In this document: positions 1 to 11,703 of the stretch, piece after piece
Numbering within the stretch: position 1 is the stretch's first letter
Layout of the letters: each line of letters begins with the position of its first letter
Assembly (NCBI GenBank): GCA_038496445.1
Contig: JALMLS010000328.1
Coordinates: 62,001 to 126,000 of the forward strand
Source: Trichosphaerium sp. ATCC 40318
Taxonomy: Eukaryota; Protista; Tubulinea
Length of the DNA stretch: 64,000 nt
Direction of reading: 5' to 3'
Made by a program: the position numbers and the translations under genes
Notes under the pieces: generated by a model
Databases searched by the model: none
What the model was told of the DNA's origin: nothing
The model's input: the letters and a program-made list of their open reading frames with translations, nothing else

Positions 1-1288
1 GTTAGTGAAAGGTAACAAGAACGCAGATACCCTAGCAAAACATGGTAGAGATGAAGAATCGGAAGACGTTCCGTTATTTAATAAGATAGGTAAAGGGCAT
101 AACACGTTTATAGTCAGCAAGAATGGTATGGTCACATACGGCAACTACCAAAAAGTTCGCAAAAACGAAAACCAAACATTCTGGGATAAAAGATGGATTA
201 CTGAATCTACAGGACCAGCTAAATACGAACGTATAGACATGCACACATCTAACTTAATATTTCAGAGGAATGAAGCTGAATATGGAAGGGTACAAGACTT
301 TATATTTCGGCTCAAGACAAATAACCTGAACCTGAACCAAAAACTTAATAGCATAGCTACAAATATAGGAACACCATCCAACTACATAGAAAAATATATG
401 ACAGAAATGTATGATGATGACAAATGCGAATTATGTAACCTAGAAGAGGACGACGAAAGAGAAATAGAAGACGTAAAACATTTCAACTACTGTGACCCAG
501 AAAACACATTTTACTATTCAACTGGTGAAGTCATAGGTCAAGTAACACAACACCTCATAAACACAAAAGGCACCTTAGAAGGTATAGAGAAAGCAATTCC
601 GATCACTGGACATTTAGAAAATAATGGATTTAAAAGCGTGCTAACTCCACTCTCCAAAGATCAAGACGAAAACAATACCCCACTACACGACCGAATTTTC
701 AATCACACTAACTTATTCGTCAAATACAGAAACCCAAATAGGAAAATATCACCGGAATTATGGCTATTAGCCATACTAGGATTCAACAAAAGAGAGTACA
801 CTAAACACCACTTTGCAATTACAGAATGTATGTACAGAGACTCGATGAAATACCCAACTTTCTACAACAAAAATACACTGGCGCTATTAAATGAAGAATA
901 CAACAAACAGCTAACACACTCTTGCTTTGGATACGCTACAGATTACACATTTCTTGGCCTATCTACACAATTCATTAGGGAATTAGATGTAGACAAATCC
1001 ACCAATAGGCTACTCCGGAGGAGAGCGAAAGAGATGGCACATATGATACACCAAATAGAATTATATAAAAAGTATATAATTAACAGGAAAGCAAATCATG
1101 CGATCAAACTTAAAAGAGTAAAAGAACGAGCGAGGAGGAACGGAGAGGAATATATGATCAACGAATACACATAACAAAAAAGTAAAGAGGACATTTCCCA
1201 GGCTAAGGCCTGTGTTGTACTATATATGTAACGCGAAATGTGCTCGACTAAAGTAAAACATAGTCAAATAAACCAAACAAACAAACAA
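1..1288 (+). mobile_element. 3' end of a non-LTR retrotransposon: RNase H C-terminus, CCHC zinc knuckle, 3' UTR and (AAAC)n tail
   Basis: Intronless A-rich ORF open from the window edge to 1174. GNKNADTLAK matches the RNase H GNExADxLAK motif; CELC-x-HFNYC is a CCHC knuckle. The 3' UTR has a GACTA/TAGTC hairpin (~1247-1266) followed by AAACCAAACAAACAAACAA. Confidence 0.85.
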
Positions 1289-1311
1289 TTTTATTGCTCT
1301 ACTCGTAATTA

Positions 1312-1368
1312 CGTAATTAGATGAAGGAAAATACAACTAGAAGCAAATTGGGCAATAGGAGTGTTAAT
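1312..1368 (-). pseudogene. Short relic of an arylsulfatase exon (paralog of ~41243-41300)
   Basis: gatgaaggaaaatacaactagaagcaaattgggcaat aligns with the reverse complement of the sulfatase exon (gatcaaggaaaataccactagaagccaactgggcaat). It has the same head-to-head arrangement with an F-box/LRR gene as at 40.9-41.3 kb. Confidence 0.75.
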
Positions 1369-1407
1369 TTTATTAGCGTACATCGAGTGGGTTCAGTCTA
1401 TAGTACT

Positions 1408-2248
1408 ATGGGTATACAACAAAAAGAAGACAACAAACAGCAATTACCGCCGGAAATATTGACTCATGTTCTTACTTTTTTGAAAAGAAAAGAGCGTATA
1501 AGAGCTTCTTCAGTGTCTCATCACTTTAACAACATCATACGCCTCAATATTGGGTTCGATTATTTGTATATCAAAGAAAGCTCAGATTGTTGGGCGCTAA
1601 AAGGAAGTCCTTTGCTTAAAAACACAAAAATACTATGTCGAAACTTGCTTGATCGAACTCAGTTATCCCTATCAAATCATGCTTTAGGTTTCTTTATGGT
1701 GTTCATACTATTGATCTATCAAATGCTTCTATACATGATGAAGGTATCATAGCTTTGGTAGGCGGAGGAAAACACAACATCCACGTGATTAATTTACAAA
1801 ACACAAGGATCACAGATGTTTCTTTAAAAGCACTTAGTGGAGTACATACGATTAACATTTGCTTATGTAGCAATGTTACTGTTGAAGGAATAAAAGCGCT
1901 GAAAGATGTGCACACAATTTTGCTTCATAAAGCAAGAGATTCGTGGCTTAAACAGCTGAGCAATGTAACCTCAATCCACATTGGTCAGGCTTGTTTGATA
2001 ACAGATGATGGCCTCAGTTCCTTGACAAGAGTAAAACATCTGTGCATTTTTAAAGGAACCAAGATAACAGATGAGGGTTTAATGCAATTGGGTAAGCTTG
2101 AGCACATTGAAATATATAATTGTCCTTCAATCACCGATAGATGTTTGAAACACTTGACATCACTCAAACATCTTTAAGTGGTACCCAAATAATTCCACAT
2201 GCTGCCAAGTCACTAGGCATTCAAATATCAAAAGACTATTTTGTTTAA
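1408..2248 (+). pseudogene. F-box + LRR protein, frameshifted (paralog of 40110-40932)
   Basis: F-box LPPEILTHVLTFL and LRRs GVHTI..ITD. One base is missing at ~1690 relative to the paralog, and there is a second break at ~2175. Confidence 0.8.
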
Positions 2249-2917
2249 TGACCACATAACCAAGATAAAGCAATAAATAACTTTGAACAAAAGAATAATC
2301 TGTAGTACTAGAAAGCATACGTCGGTCTATTTTGTTGGCATTTACTCATATAACACCACAATGTTGAAATCTGGAATCTGAAATCTTACAAATTGAAATC
2401 TATCATTTTTGAGCTATGAGTGAATTGCAGGTACAAAGTTGTGATCTGCATGTAACACAAAACATTTTGTAATCTTAATTTTCATTTGTGTGCCTTTTGT
2501 GAGTGTGACCACGTGCAAACAATCTCGCTTCAAGCTATTGCTTTGAAAATAATAGACAGTATTTACCTAGTAGAATCGAATCATGAACAGGTTTTTTCAG
2601 TTCTAACTTTACAAATGTCTAACAATCAACGGTAATTCAACCACTGCACCTAACCAAGATTGGATCATCACTGAGGTTTTGCAAGGATTTGACGCCTTTG
2701 GTTCACAACAAGCTCAAAGTAGGATCAATATTGAAACGAATCACTTAGCGACTGGAAACACAACAACTGCACTACACTTTTAGCTCAGTGGTTCCATGAA
2801 TGTCGCAACAAGTCAAAACAAAAAAGTGGTGATCGCGTCACGTGCTTTAAAGATTTGTGTGGGGTGAAGAGGATTCGTTTTGAATCCGTAATCACCTCCA
2901 AATAATCGAAGTATATA

Positions 2918-2994
2918 CGGTTAAAAGCCGGGCGCTCTACCAACTGAGCTACAGCGGAATAACTCCGCTGATTGGAATCGAACCAATGACCACC
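2918..2994 (-). tRNA. trnK-UUU: Circularly permuted tRNA-Lys(UUU): 3' half (nt 42-73) at 2994-2963, 4-nt linker TTAT, 5' half (nt 1-41) at 2958-2918
   Basis: Rearranged, it gives TCCGCTG TA GCTC AGTTGGTA GAGC G CCCGG CTTTTAA CCG|GG TGGTC ATTGG TTCGATT CCAAT CAGCGGA G, a 73-nt cloverleaf with all four stems fully Watson-Crick paired. Confidence 0.85.
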
Positions 2995-3248
2995 TGAAAC
3001 GAAGAAAAACACAAAGACTTATGTGCACCACACTTATAAGATATCAACTTGAGCTATTTAAGCTTGCAGTTGTTTCAAAAAAAAAAATTGTGGGCTACAC
3101 AATCGTCACAACAACCGACTTAGCACATATCTCGAGCCATTTTTTGGTGTTTGTAAAAAAAGTGTGAATTCTAAAAAAAGCGTCAACACAAAAACAGTAT
3201 GTTTTGATGATAAAGATATAATTAACTTTGGTTTGTAGCTGTTAGCCT

Positions 3249-6200
3249 TCAAAAAATAGCCAAAATATAAAATTTATTTGGTACTCTTTCAGTGTGCCAA
3301 CTAATTTTGACAAAGATAATTTTGCCAACACAATTTGTTACAAGAATTTTTTCATAGCAGGTCTTGTAACTCAGCCAGGTAACTATAAGGGTGTGCAATA
3401 AACTAATTTCAGCTCTCTATCATCCTTGGCTCCTACAAACAACAACACTTGCTTGAGGGAGAACTTATCTCTGGCTTGACCGTTACACCCTTGTTTTAAT
3501 AAAAGTCACAGACACAATAAAACTACATCCGAAAAACCAAAAACTTTTCTGAGACATTGTAGCCATTGCACAATTGCCTCTAGCCGTTTGTTACGCCTAT
3601 AGGTTTCTAAGATAACCTCTTTTAGTCTCAAACGTCCGTAAAACCCGGTTTGTACGGCCAACATAAAAGGCACGTGCCACTACGGAATATATTCTTTATT
3701 TAATTTAGTAATATGACATCATTGTAAGTCTAGCGTACAAGTTTGATCTTGAATAGAAGTAATCCCAAAGTAAAAGTTAACAATATCTGCCTTACAGTAA
3801 TCAAGTCTATAATTATCTGCGAGTACAACAAGTGACCTAAAAAACAAAGAATTTAGTATTTATAAGAAATTGTATCATGACCTTACCCTAAGAAAGGTTT
3901 ACTTTGTTCATGGAAGTTTGTAAACAAGAAATTGAATACCTTTAAAAAGAATTAACTGCTGATCAACAAAAAAGAGACAAGTTTGCAGTAAAAAACTAAG
4001 CAATCAGCTGCAGATTACCGCTTTGTAAGTATGTTCCAGAAAACAGCTTAAAGTAAAGTAGAAAAATCAATTGCTACTTGTGGGGCAGTTGTTTGTGAAT
4101 TGCACGAGAAGGAGAAATTTTTTTTTGTTACTGACAAAATTCGAACCTCAACAAATAAGTGACCCTTATCCATTTGTATGAATACTTGACAAATATCAAA
4201 CAACATGCATATAACAATAGATGTTCTTAGATGTAGGAAATACGATTCTTTGATGTTATAGAATACAACTTGAGCAAGCTATAAAGACATTAGCCCATCA
4301 ACAAAAAAAGAAGAAAAAAGTTATCCTCACACCTTTACAGCCTTGTTATACTGTCTTGAAGCAAATAAAACCAAAGTATCACAAAATTCAGCTGTTGTAA
4401 TCCAAATTGAATACAGTTTGTCATTATACTGATGTAGTGCTGTATCACATAACAACTTGACTTTGTCTATTCCTACCTTAAACTCTTCATATTGATCTTC
4501 TGTCTAGTAGTTGTTAATCAATCTCAGTTTGCTTAGTATCTTAGTAACATGCAATGTAATTGAACATATCACGTTGAATACAATTGTTTGTTGAAAGCAT
4601 TTGCGGTGAAACAACAGAGATGGTGAGCCAAATCTAGGAGTAAAGATAAGAGGGTTTTTTTTGAAGATTTGGTAGTCAACGCTTTTATTCCTTTCTCAAT
4701 TGATTACCTTTGATAGTATGCACCATATTGTAATAACAGTAAGATCGTAAGGTATAGATGTAACATTATAATTAAGGAAAGATAACGTTGAGTTAAGTTG
4801 TGCTATAGCTTTAACTTCAGCAGCTCTAGAAAAAAAAAACTTAATCTGGTGAGTAAAAAATATGTTGTTTACCTATCTACAAAGAAATTTATAGTAAAGG
4901 ATCTTATACGTATGTCTATTAATGATAGATGTCCGAGAGGCTTTAGTGATGTATCATTTTTATGCTGAGGGTCTTTTCTGAGACTATCAATCAATTCTGT
5001 TTAACAACACATGTCAGCCTTTAAAAACAATTGTCCTTTACGTTTGTCTACTTTTTTATGTCATACCTGATCCCATATCGAATTTCAATGCTTCAATATA
5101 ATTTCCCGTCATCAACAGGTAATCTCTTGTTAAAGCATACGCAGCTAAGGAGATATAAATAATGAGTGGAAGAAGAACAAAACAAAAACTAAGGAAAAAA
5201 CCAACGTAGCTCTGTACGTACATACATAGCAAGGATGCAATGTAGTATTTCTATCTTTAAGTAATGCTTGTATTTGTATTCCTTTCTTATACAAGTAATA
5301 TGACCTAGTATGACAACCAGCCAAAAACGCAGCTACGGTAAGTATACCAAGAATCTCAGCAGCCTCAGGTGTAATCCAATCATCTATCCTGGGGTTAACA
5401 ACCAAACAGCTTGCGTGCAGCTTTTTCACGTGCCTGGTTCAAGCACTGAGAATAAGTTGATAATACTTTCAGTGTTCCATTCATTAACAGGTACGTTCTG
5501 AAACAGAAGAAAAAAAGTTAGAAAGAAAGCAACAGATTGCAAACGGCTTTTATCATGTGTACGAAAAGGTTTTTTGCACTTTTTTCTACTGTTTATAATT
5601 TTCCGATACTAAAACGGAAGTGGACTGATCAGGCTCTGTCCTGCAGCTGCAGCTGACTTTTAAAAAAAAATTTGTTTTTTTTGGTTTTTCGTTTTTGGCA
5701 TTCATGCACCCACGTGACGTGCGTATTCGCTAGAAAAGAACAGCACGTGCGACAAGAAGTGATGAGGCGTACAAAATGAAGAATGGCGTCTGAATACAGC
5801 TTTAGCCATCTTGAGATCTCTGAAGCGCTTCCCAAATATGCGTATATCGCCCACGAAGCATTTTGGGGCGTCTCAACGTAAGTTAGATAATTTGTCCGTT
5901 TTTTGTACTAGTGTTGTACCATACTGTCTAAAACTTGTCGAGGATCATGATGATCATTGTTTGGGTAATAAGAAGGGGTTTCAGCCTGTTTTTTAATTGC
6001 TTCGTATCCTTCTTTCAACCGTTCAATCTCCATACGTTTTTCTTCCAATTGACGCATGAGAGACGTTTTGTCTGTTACTTTTCGAAAAAAGTCGTTATTA
6101 TCAACTAATTAGCTTAAATAGTTATACTAACGTGTAGTAGATGTGCTTTTTGGCTGTTCGTGTGGATAAACGCACTGAATTTTGCGTTTTGAACATTGTT

Positions 6201-6300
6201 TGCATGGCATTGCGCCATTGCACTTTGAATGCTTCTCTTTGCAATAAGCACATGCTGTGTTAGCCTTAGTCTTTTTTCTTTTTACCCCACGGCTTTTCAT
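3249..6300 (-). CDS. Multi-exon Zn(II)2Cys6 binuclear-cluster transcription factor
   Basis: Exon 1 encodes MKSRGVKRKKTKANTACAYCKEKHSKCNGAMPCKQCSKRKIQCVYP (CX2CX6CX5CX2CX6C). Downstream short exons are bounded by GT..AG. The 3' end and continuity are uncertain. Confidence 0.75.
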
Positions 6301-6559
6301 AGAGCGAACCGAATACTGTTGCCTTAATTCTGTTGTTTAAGTCACTTTATTTCCCCTGTGTTCTCTGTAGCTGCTGAGCACGTGGTCTCGTTGAGATTGC
6401 ATGTTACACGAACTACGTATTGTATGCAGCGAAGGCGACAAGCTGGCAATTATTTGCTAAGCTATCTGATTGTATTTACTTTGCAAGTAGACACGTTCGC
6501 TGTTCAGAACTTTCTTACTTTTTTATTAGTTTGCGTTGCTAGAAACTGCTCGTTATGAG

Positions 6560-6870
6560 AAAGACATACATCAAGGGCTTACACCGGAGATGCACTATTC
6601 GAAATAATGCGAGTATCACTGTGAATCATAGACGAGATTGTGGCTTGATGCAAAAGCTATACAAAGATGAATGGTTGAAGATGTTGGCTAGAGTAGATAC
6701 GGTCATTCACAATGCTATTGTATTACAGATAAGGCGTTAAGGCTTTGGCTGGTGTTCATACAGTTAACTTATCAAGTTGCTGTGGTGTAACAGGCGAGGG
6801 TATCTTGGCGTTGACTCGCAATGGTGTCATAAGATTACAAAGCAACAGAGGCATTAGTTGGTGTACTCTG
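6560..6870 (+). pseudogene. Degenerate LRR-family relic
   Basis: LAGVHTVNLSSCCGVTGEGILAL flanked by frameshifted, stop-containing repeat remnants. Confidence 0.7.
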
Positions 6871-6902
6871 GATAATGTTTGTACCCCTTTTATTACTTTG
6901 TT

Positions 6903-8614
6903 TTACAGCTGTGATAGCAACATAATTAGTATAATAACTAACTGGACACTACACATTCGGATAGATACCGAACTGCAAGGAAGTATATCTCCAATAAAGA
7001 ATAGAGCACGTGTAGAAGACAGTTCTAGAAAACAATAAACAAACATACCCATAACAATTGTAGAATGATACATACCTGATTTTAGCGATGAGCAACCAGA
7101 AGCGTGCTTGACCAATACATCTGAAACTGAAGATTCATCACACAATGAATAAGAGTTAAACAACTCAAAACCATTAACAACAGAATCAAGTGAGACTGTG
7201 AGACTACTAAATGAAGTACATCCTTCAACAATTATCGTCGTCTTCTCATCAACTGTGATTACAGCACTATCAAATGAGATGTTTCCTAACCCCGTACTAT
7301 CAGTATAACATACGTTTGGTTAATATTTATATGCTTACCTTGTACTTTGATGGTGATACCACGCAAGTCTAACTCTCCAGCCAACTCAACATTTTGATTC
7401 AAGAACACACAAAACGAATTGTTTGAACATGTCGCACCAAGCGATTCAAGAGCGATTACTTTGTTAGTTGGCTCTACCAATACTGGCGCTTGCGATGGCA
7501 CTTGTTCACTTGGTACTTGATCATTACATTTACCGTCTTCTCCTAAACAAATTGAGTCCTTAGAAAGAAAGTCATTGGAATGCTAGACGAGTTTACCTGC
7601 CATGAAGATACCTGATATCTCTTCACTTAGAAGAGGTCTGTTATAAATAGACACCTACACGTTTTTAGCCAATAAAATCAACATAAACTTGGTGTACTTC
7701 GTCAATTGCAAGGTGAAGATCATGTCCAATTTTAAATGGTGTCCCAGTATCGTTCATACAACATGCGTGCGTTGTAGTTACAGCAATATTCCCATTAAAG
7801 TAAAACCTCGCCTTGTTGTCTACTCTATTATCAATGAGAATAAAACTTTGTTTGTTGTAGCGTACGAATAATACGTCATGGCCACGTGATGCCATTGTAC
7901 GTCAAGAGATGGCGTTATATCAGTTTGAGATGTTGGTCCTTGTGTTGTAACAAAACGTGTTGATACACGTGTACTTGATGATAAGAGTGCTTGTATTCCA
8001 GTGCCGTTTATTTTAGTAAATAAGTTTGTATTTCTTGTCTTTTGTGATGAGCCTGACCCAAAACTCAAGAGTGAAATCAGCTACAAGTCATCAGCTAAGC
8101 TAAAAAGTTTGAAAGCACAACTCACCGAAAATATCGCCGTCGCCATGATTTGTAATTATTTCTAAACCTTCACTTTCAAATGTAACGGCTGCATCGCCTA
8201 CCTTTCCCTTTAGTAGCCATTAGCTAATATATATACTAATCAGAACAAACAGAAACTAAGCTTTTGGTACGGAGTTTTCGGAGCAAACGATTTTGTTATC
8301 AGGGTTTTTTTTTGCTATTTAGGTCCACGTGACTTGAAAAGGCTCAAAGGTTGCTTGTGGCAAGAGAATTAAGCAGTATGAGTTTTTCCGGTAAAATAGA
8401 AACGCACCTTTGTTCTGGTTGGCGTGGTTGATGTAAAATATGTAACGGGTGGGTCTGGATAGCTTGCTGAACTCAATGCCAAATTGCCTCCATCCTCAAA
8501 CTTATACAGCCCCATAATACCATCAGGAGTTTCGTAGCAAACACCACAGCAAGTATGAATATTTGCTAGAAATCCTAATACCAACAACCAGTAATATGAG
8601 CCAGTAAAAGACAT
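6903..8614 (-). CDS. Secreted or GPI-anchored-like protein with a LamG/ConA-like domain
   Basis: N-terminal signal peptide. GLYKFEDG, QWHHVAMTY, RFYFNG, FKIG, IDE and SIYNRPL fit the LamG-3 pattern across exons. Hydrophobic C-terminus. Confidence 0.75.
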
Positions 8615-9174
8615 TAATCAATTGAAAACGGATTGCAAGTCAATACATTTCTTTAAAAATGAGCGTTTCCTGTAGTATGTTCACGTGATCTAGTACTTTG
8701 TAACCAACGTATGTTTGAGACTACAGGAGGTTTGCAAATCAATGTTCAATAGCCATCTGGGCACACGTGCGAAATATTTAGGAACAAATTCCGTAATCAG
8801 AATACAAGATTGCCAAACTTTCTGTCAAAAATTCACAATAAATTGCAGTGAAACAGGAGAGGTATTCTTCTTCCATTTTCGCAAACTAATGTGGTTGATA
8901 TGATACAAGACTCAACGGGCTCCGCGAGAGTCCGAGATGCAACGCTATATAGCTACCTATAACTTATGTAAATAATAGATAGACCCAACTTACACATCCA
9001 CTCCTATTGTTATTACCTCTCCGTTACGTAATGTTGCGTTCCAAACTGTTATCCTTAACAAACAATGTATAAACACGCTTCTATTGTCAGTACAGGATTC
9101 TCGCTTAACACCAGATAAGTCAGTAACTACATACAAAAGTAAACAGCCACGAGATCATGTATCTGATTAAAAAA

Positions 9175-9857
9175 ATGACAAACGAGGTGAGCGACGTAGT
9201 AATAAAAGTGCTGTTAATAATAAACGATAGATTAACACAAAGAAACCTGACCATTGCTTCCTCTTGTACCTCCCTGTTGAATTACAGCTTGATATCATAG
9301 ATTTAGACTTTGAAACGTATCTTAAATGGCCTCTTCTAACAAAACAAATGGCATTAACCACAAGGTTTAATGAAGAGCTAGAAAAACATGGCAAATGGAG
9401 GAAAGGCCAGTACAATTGTTCTGAAGAATCCAATTTCATCAAAGGTAAACAACATGGAGAATACAAATCATGGTATTACAATGGTATTCTAAGTGAAAAG
9501 TGTAATTACAATAATGGTAAGATACATGGAGAGTATAAGAAGTGGTATATAGATGGTCAGTTGAAGATAAAGTGTGTCTACTTTAATGGCAAGTTAGAAG
9601 GAGAATACAAGATGTGGCATCAAAGTGGCCTCCTGCTATTTCATGAAAACTATCTAAATGATAAACATCACGGAGAGTTTAGCCAGTGGTACAGTAGTGG
9701 TCAATTACGTAGACAGTGTAAATACATGAACGGAAAACTAGATGGAGAATTAAAGTTATGGTATAAAAATGGTAATATGTTTAAGCAATGTAACTACAAA
9801 AATGGTAAACAAATAGGACAGTACAAAAGCTGGCACTACAACGGCCAATTGATGTGA
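9175..9857 (+). CDS. F-box-like + MORN-variant repeat protein
   Basis: MTNE|intron|...LYLPVELQLDII, then repeats of the form GEYKxWYxNGQL. The intron is at the same position as in the paralog at 46912. Confidence 0.85.
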
Positions 9858-10138
9858 TTTACAAAAGTTAAACTGTAAAGATACAATCACTAGAAAGAAA
9901 TAAAGTCAAGTATGAGGAGTTTAGGTACATTGTAAAAATACCTTTGAATAGGAAACTTGCAGTGGAACTGCACGATTAAACTCTTTCCCATTTGCGTTTT
10001 ATTTTAGGTTACAAAGTACAGAGCTATGTAACCAACGTTGGTATTCCCCTCATGTTCAATGGGTTTCAAGTTCTTTTTGTTTTCGGAATATCAGGCTGAA
10101 AGCTGTGCTGTCTACTTTCAAATAAATATACCGCTTCA

Positions 10139-11104
10139 TTAGTTAACAGAAACTATAGTCATTGAAAAATCCTTTTGTTGAAGACCTGTTAATGATTTAA
10201 ATACATCCAAAGTAGTATTAGTGCCTGCAATGTTTATCAGTTTAACACCTACAAGTTTTTCTACACTTGCATTAGTCACTTGTCTACAATTTGATAAATC
10301 TATCGCATGAACACCAGCTAATGCTTTAACACCTTCATCTGTCAATTTTGAACAACGACTTAAACATATCATATGAACTCCAGCTAATGCTTTAACACCT
10401 TCATCCGTAATATGCGTGTTAAAAAGATTAATTGTATGAACACCGGCTAACGCTTTAATACCATCATCTGTAACACGTGTGTTGAAAAGATTAATAGTAT
10501 GAACACCGGCTAATGCTTTTATACCATTGTCAGTTACTTTGGTACCACAAAGCTTAATCGTATGAACTCCAGCTAATGCTTTAATACCATCATCTGTAAC
10601 ACGAGTGCTGCAAAGATCAATTGTATGAACACCAACCAATGCTTTAATACCTTCATCTGTAACACATGTGCAGTACAGATCTATTTTATGAATTCCAGCT
10701 AGCTGTTTAAGATGGTCATTTGTAAGAAAACGACAACAACTAAGGCTAACATTGTCAGATATCTCAAAGTCAGTAAAGTCAGTCTTCTTTGATACATTCT
10801 TAAATCTTATACTATGTACTCCTTGCAAGTACTTTAAATGCTTTTGTTTGCATGTAAATACAATTGTTATCTTTGCTGTTTTGATTAGATGAGGTGCCTC
10901 CTTAAACAGTTTTTTTAGCATCCATTCTTTTCTGATAATAATGTGTCTTCTCCTTGTACCATATTTCAAGTGTTTTGATGCTATTTGGGCTAATATTGTA
11001 CATGTGCGTACTATTGAATCCATAGATGTCAAGGAAACGTGTCGGAGTATATGTACGATGACTTCAACCGGAATATCATCAAAGAAGGCTGTATGTTCGT
11101 TCAT
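10139..11104 (-). CDS. Intronless F-box + LRR protein
   Basis: FDDIPVEVIVHIL F-box, then about 9 repeats of VTDDGIKALAGVHTINL. Confidence 0.9.
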   Translation of the reverse strand: MNEHTAFFDDIPVEVIVHILRHVSLTSMDSIVRTCTILAQIASKHLKYGTRRRHIIIRKEWMLKKLFKEAPHLIKTAKITIVFTCKQKHLKYLQGVHSIRFKNVSKKTDFTDFEISDNVSLSCCRFLTNDHLKQLAGIHKIDLYCTCVTDEGIKALVGVHTIDLCSTRVTDDGIKALAGVHTIKLCGTKVTDNGIKALAGVHTINLFNTRVTDDGIKALAGVHTINLFNTHITDEGVKALAGVHMICLSRCSKLTDEGVKALAGVHAIDLSNCRQVTNASVEKLVGVKLINIAGTNTTLDVFKSLTGLQQKDFSMTIVSVN

Positions 11105-11703
11105 TTTACTCTAACTTACTTCTTTGTACGTTATTTAGCGTAATTAGGTATACAACTTGCGTCTACTATGATACAGCCGACGCGGTTACTGGGTATTGAC
11201 TAGTGTTGACAATTGTGCGAACTTGGAAGCCAACGAACTTTGGCAGAAAGACCAAGGCCTAAAAGTATTTTTAGTAAATGGTTGAAAAGGGTTGTAAACA
11301 ATGACATTAGTGACTGTTCTCCACAGCACGTGTGATATATTCATCATGTTCCAGTTGGCAACAACGATACACTGTCAAAATATAACAAATGAGGGTGTTA
11401 AAGTGTTGGGAAAAGGAAAAAAGTAAGAAAGCCAGCTGGTTCATTTTTTAGGAAACGTATCAAATACATTGATCTAAAAGAATGTCCCTATCATAACATC
11501 TATCACAGTTGGTAACTATACTAACTACCAGCTGACTACCTTACCAAAGATTGTCCATATAAGATTACCTATATATAGCTGTTACCGTCATCGCATTTAA
11601 GCACTAGTAATAGAGTTGCAAAATTCACTTTCGCTTTGAAACATCAAGTAACTTAACCTACTTAATAGATAAAACACGTGACAAGTTTTTTGTTACAGCA
11701 ACA

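Noticed and set aside
2781-2793. TAGCTCAGTGGTT A-box-like sequence
   Set aside because: No cloverleaf or B box follows it.
2918-2994. Two ordinary tandem tRNA genes, or one intron-containing tRNA
   Set aside because: There is no 5' half upstream and no 3' half downstream, and the two halves are exactly complementary parts of one molecule.
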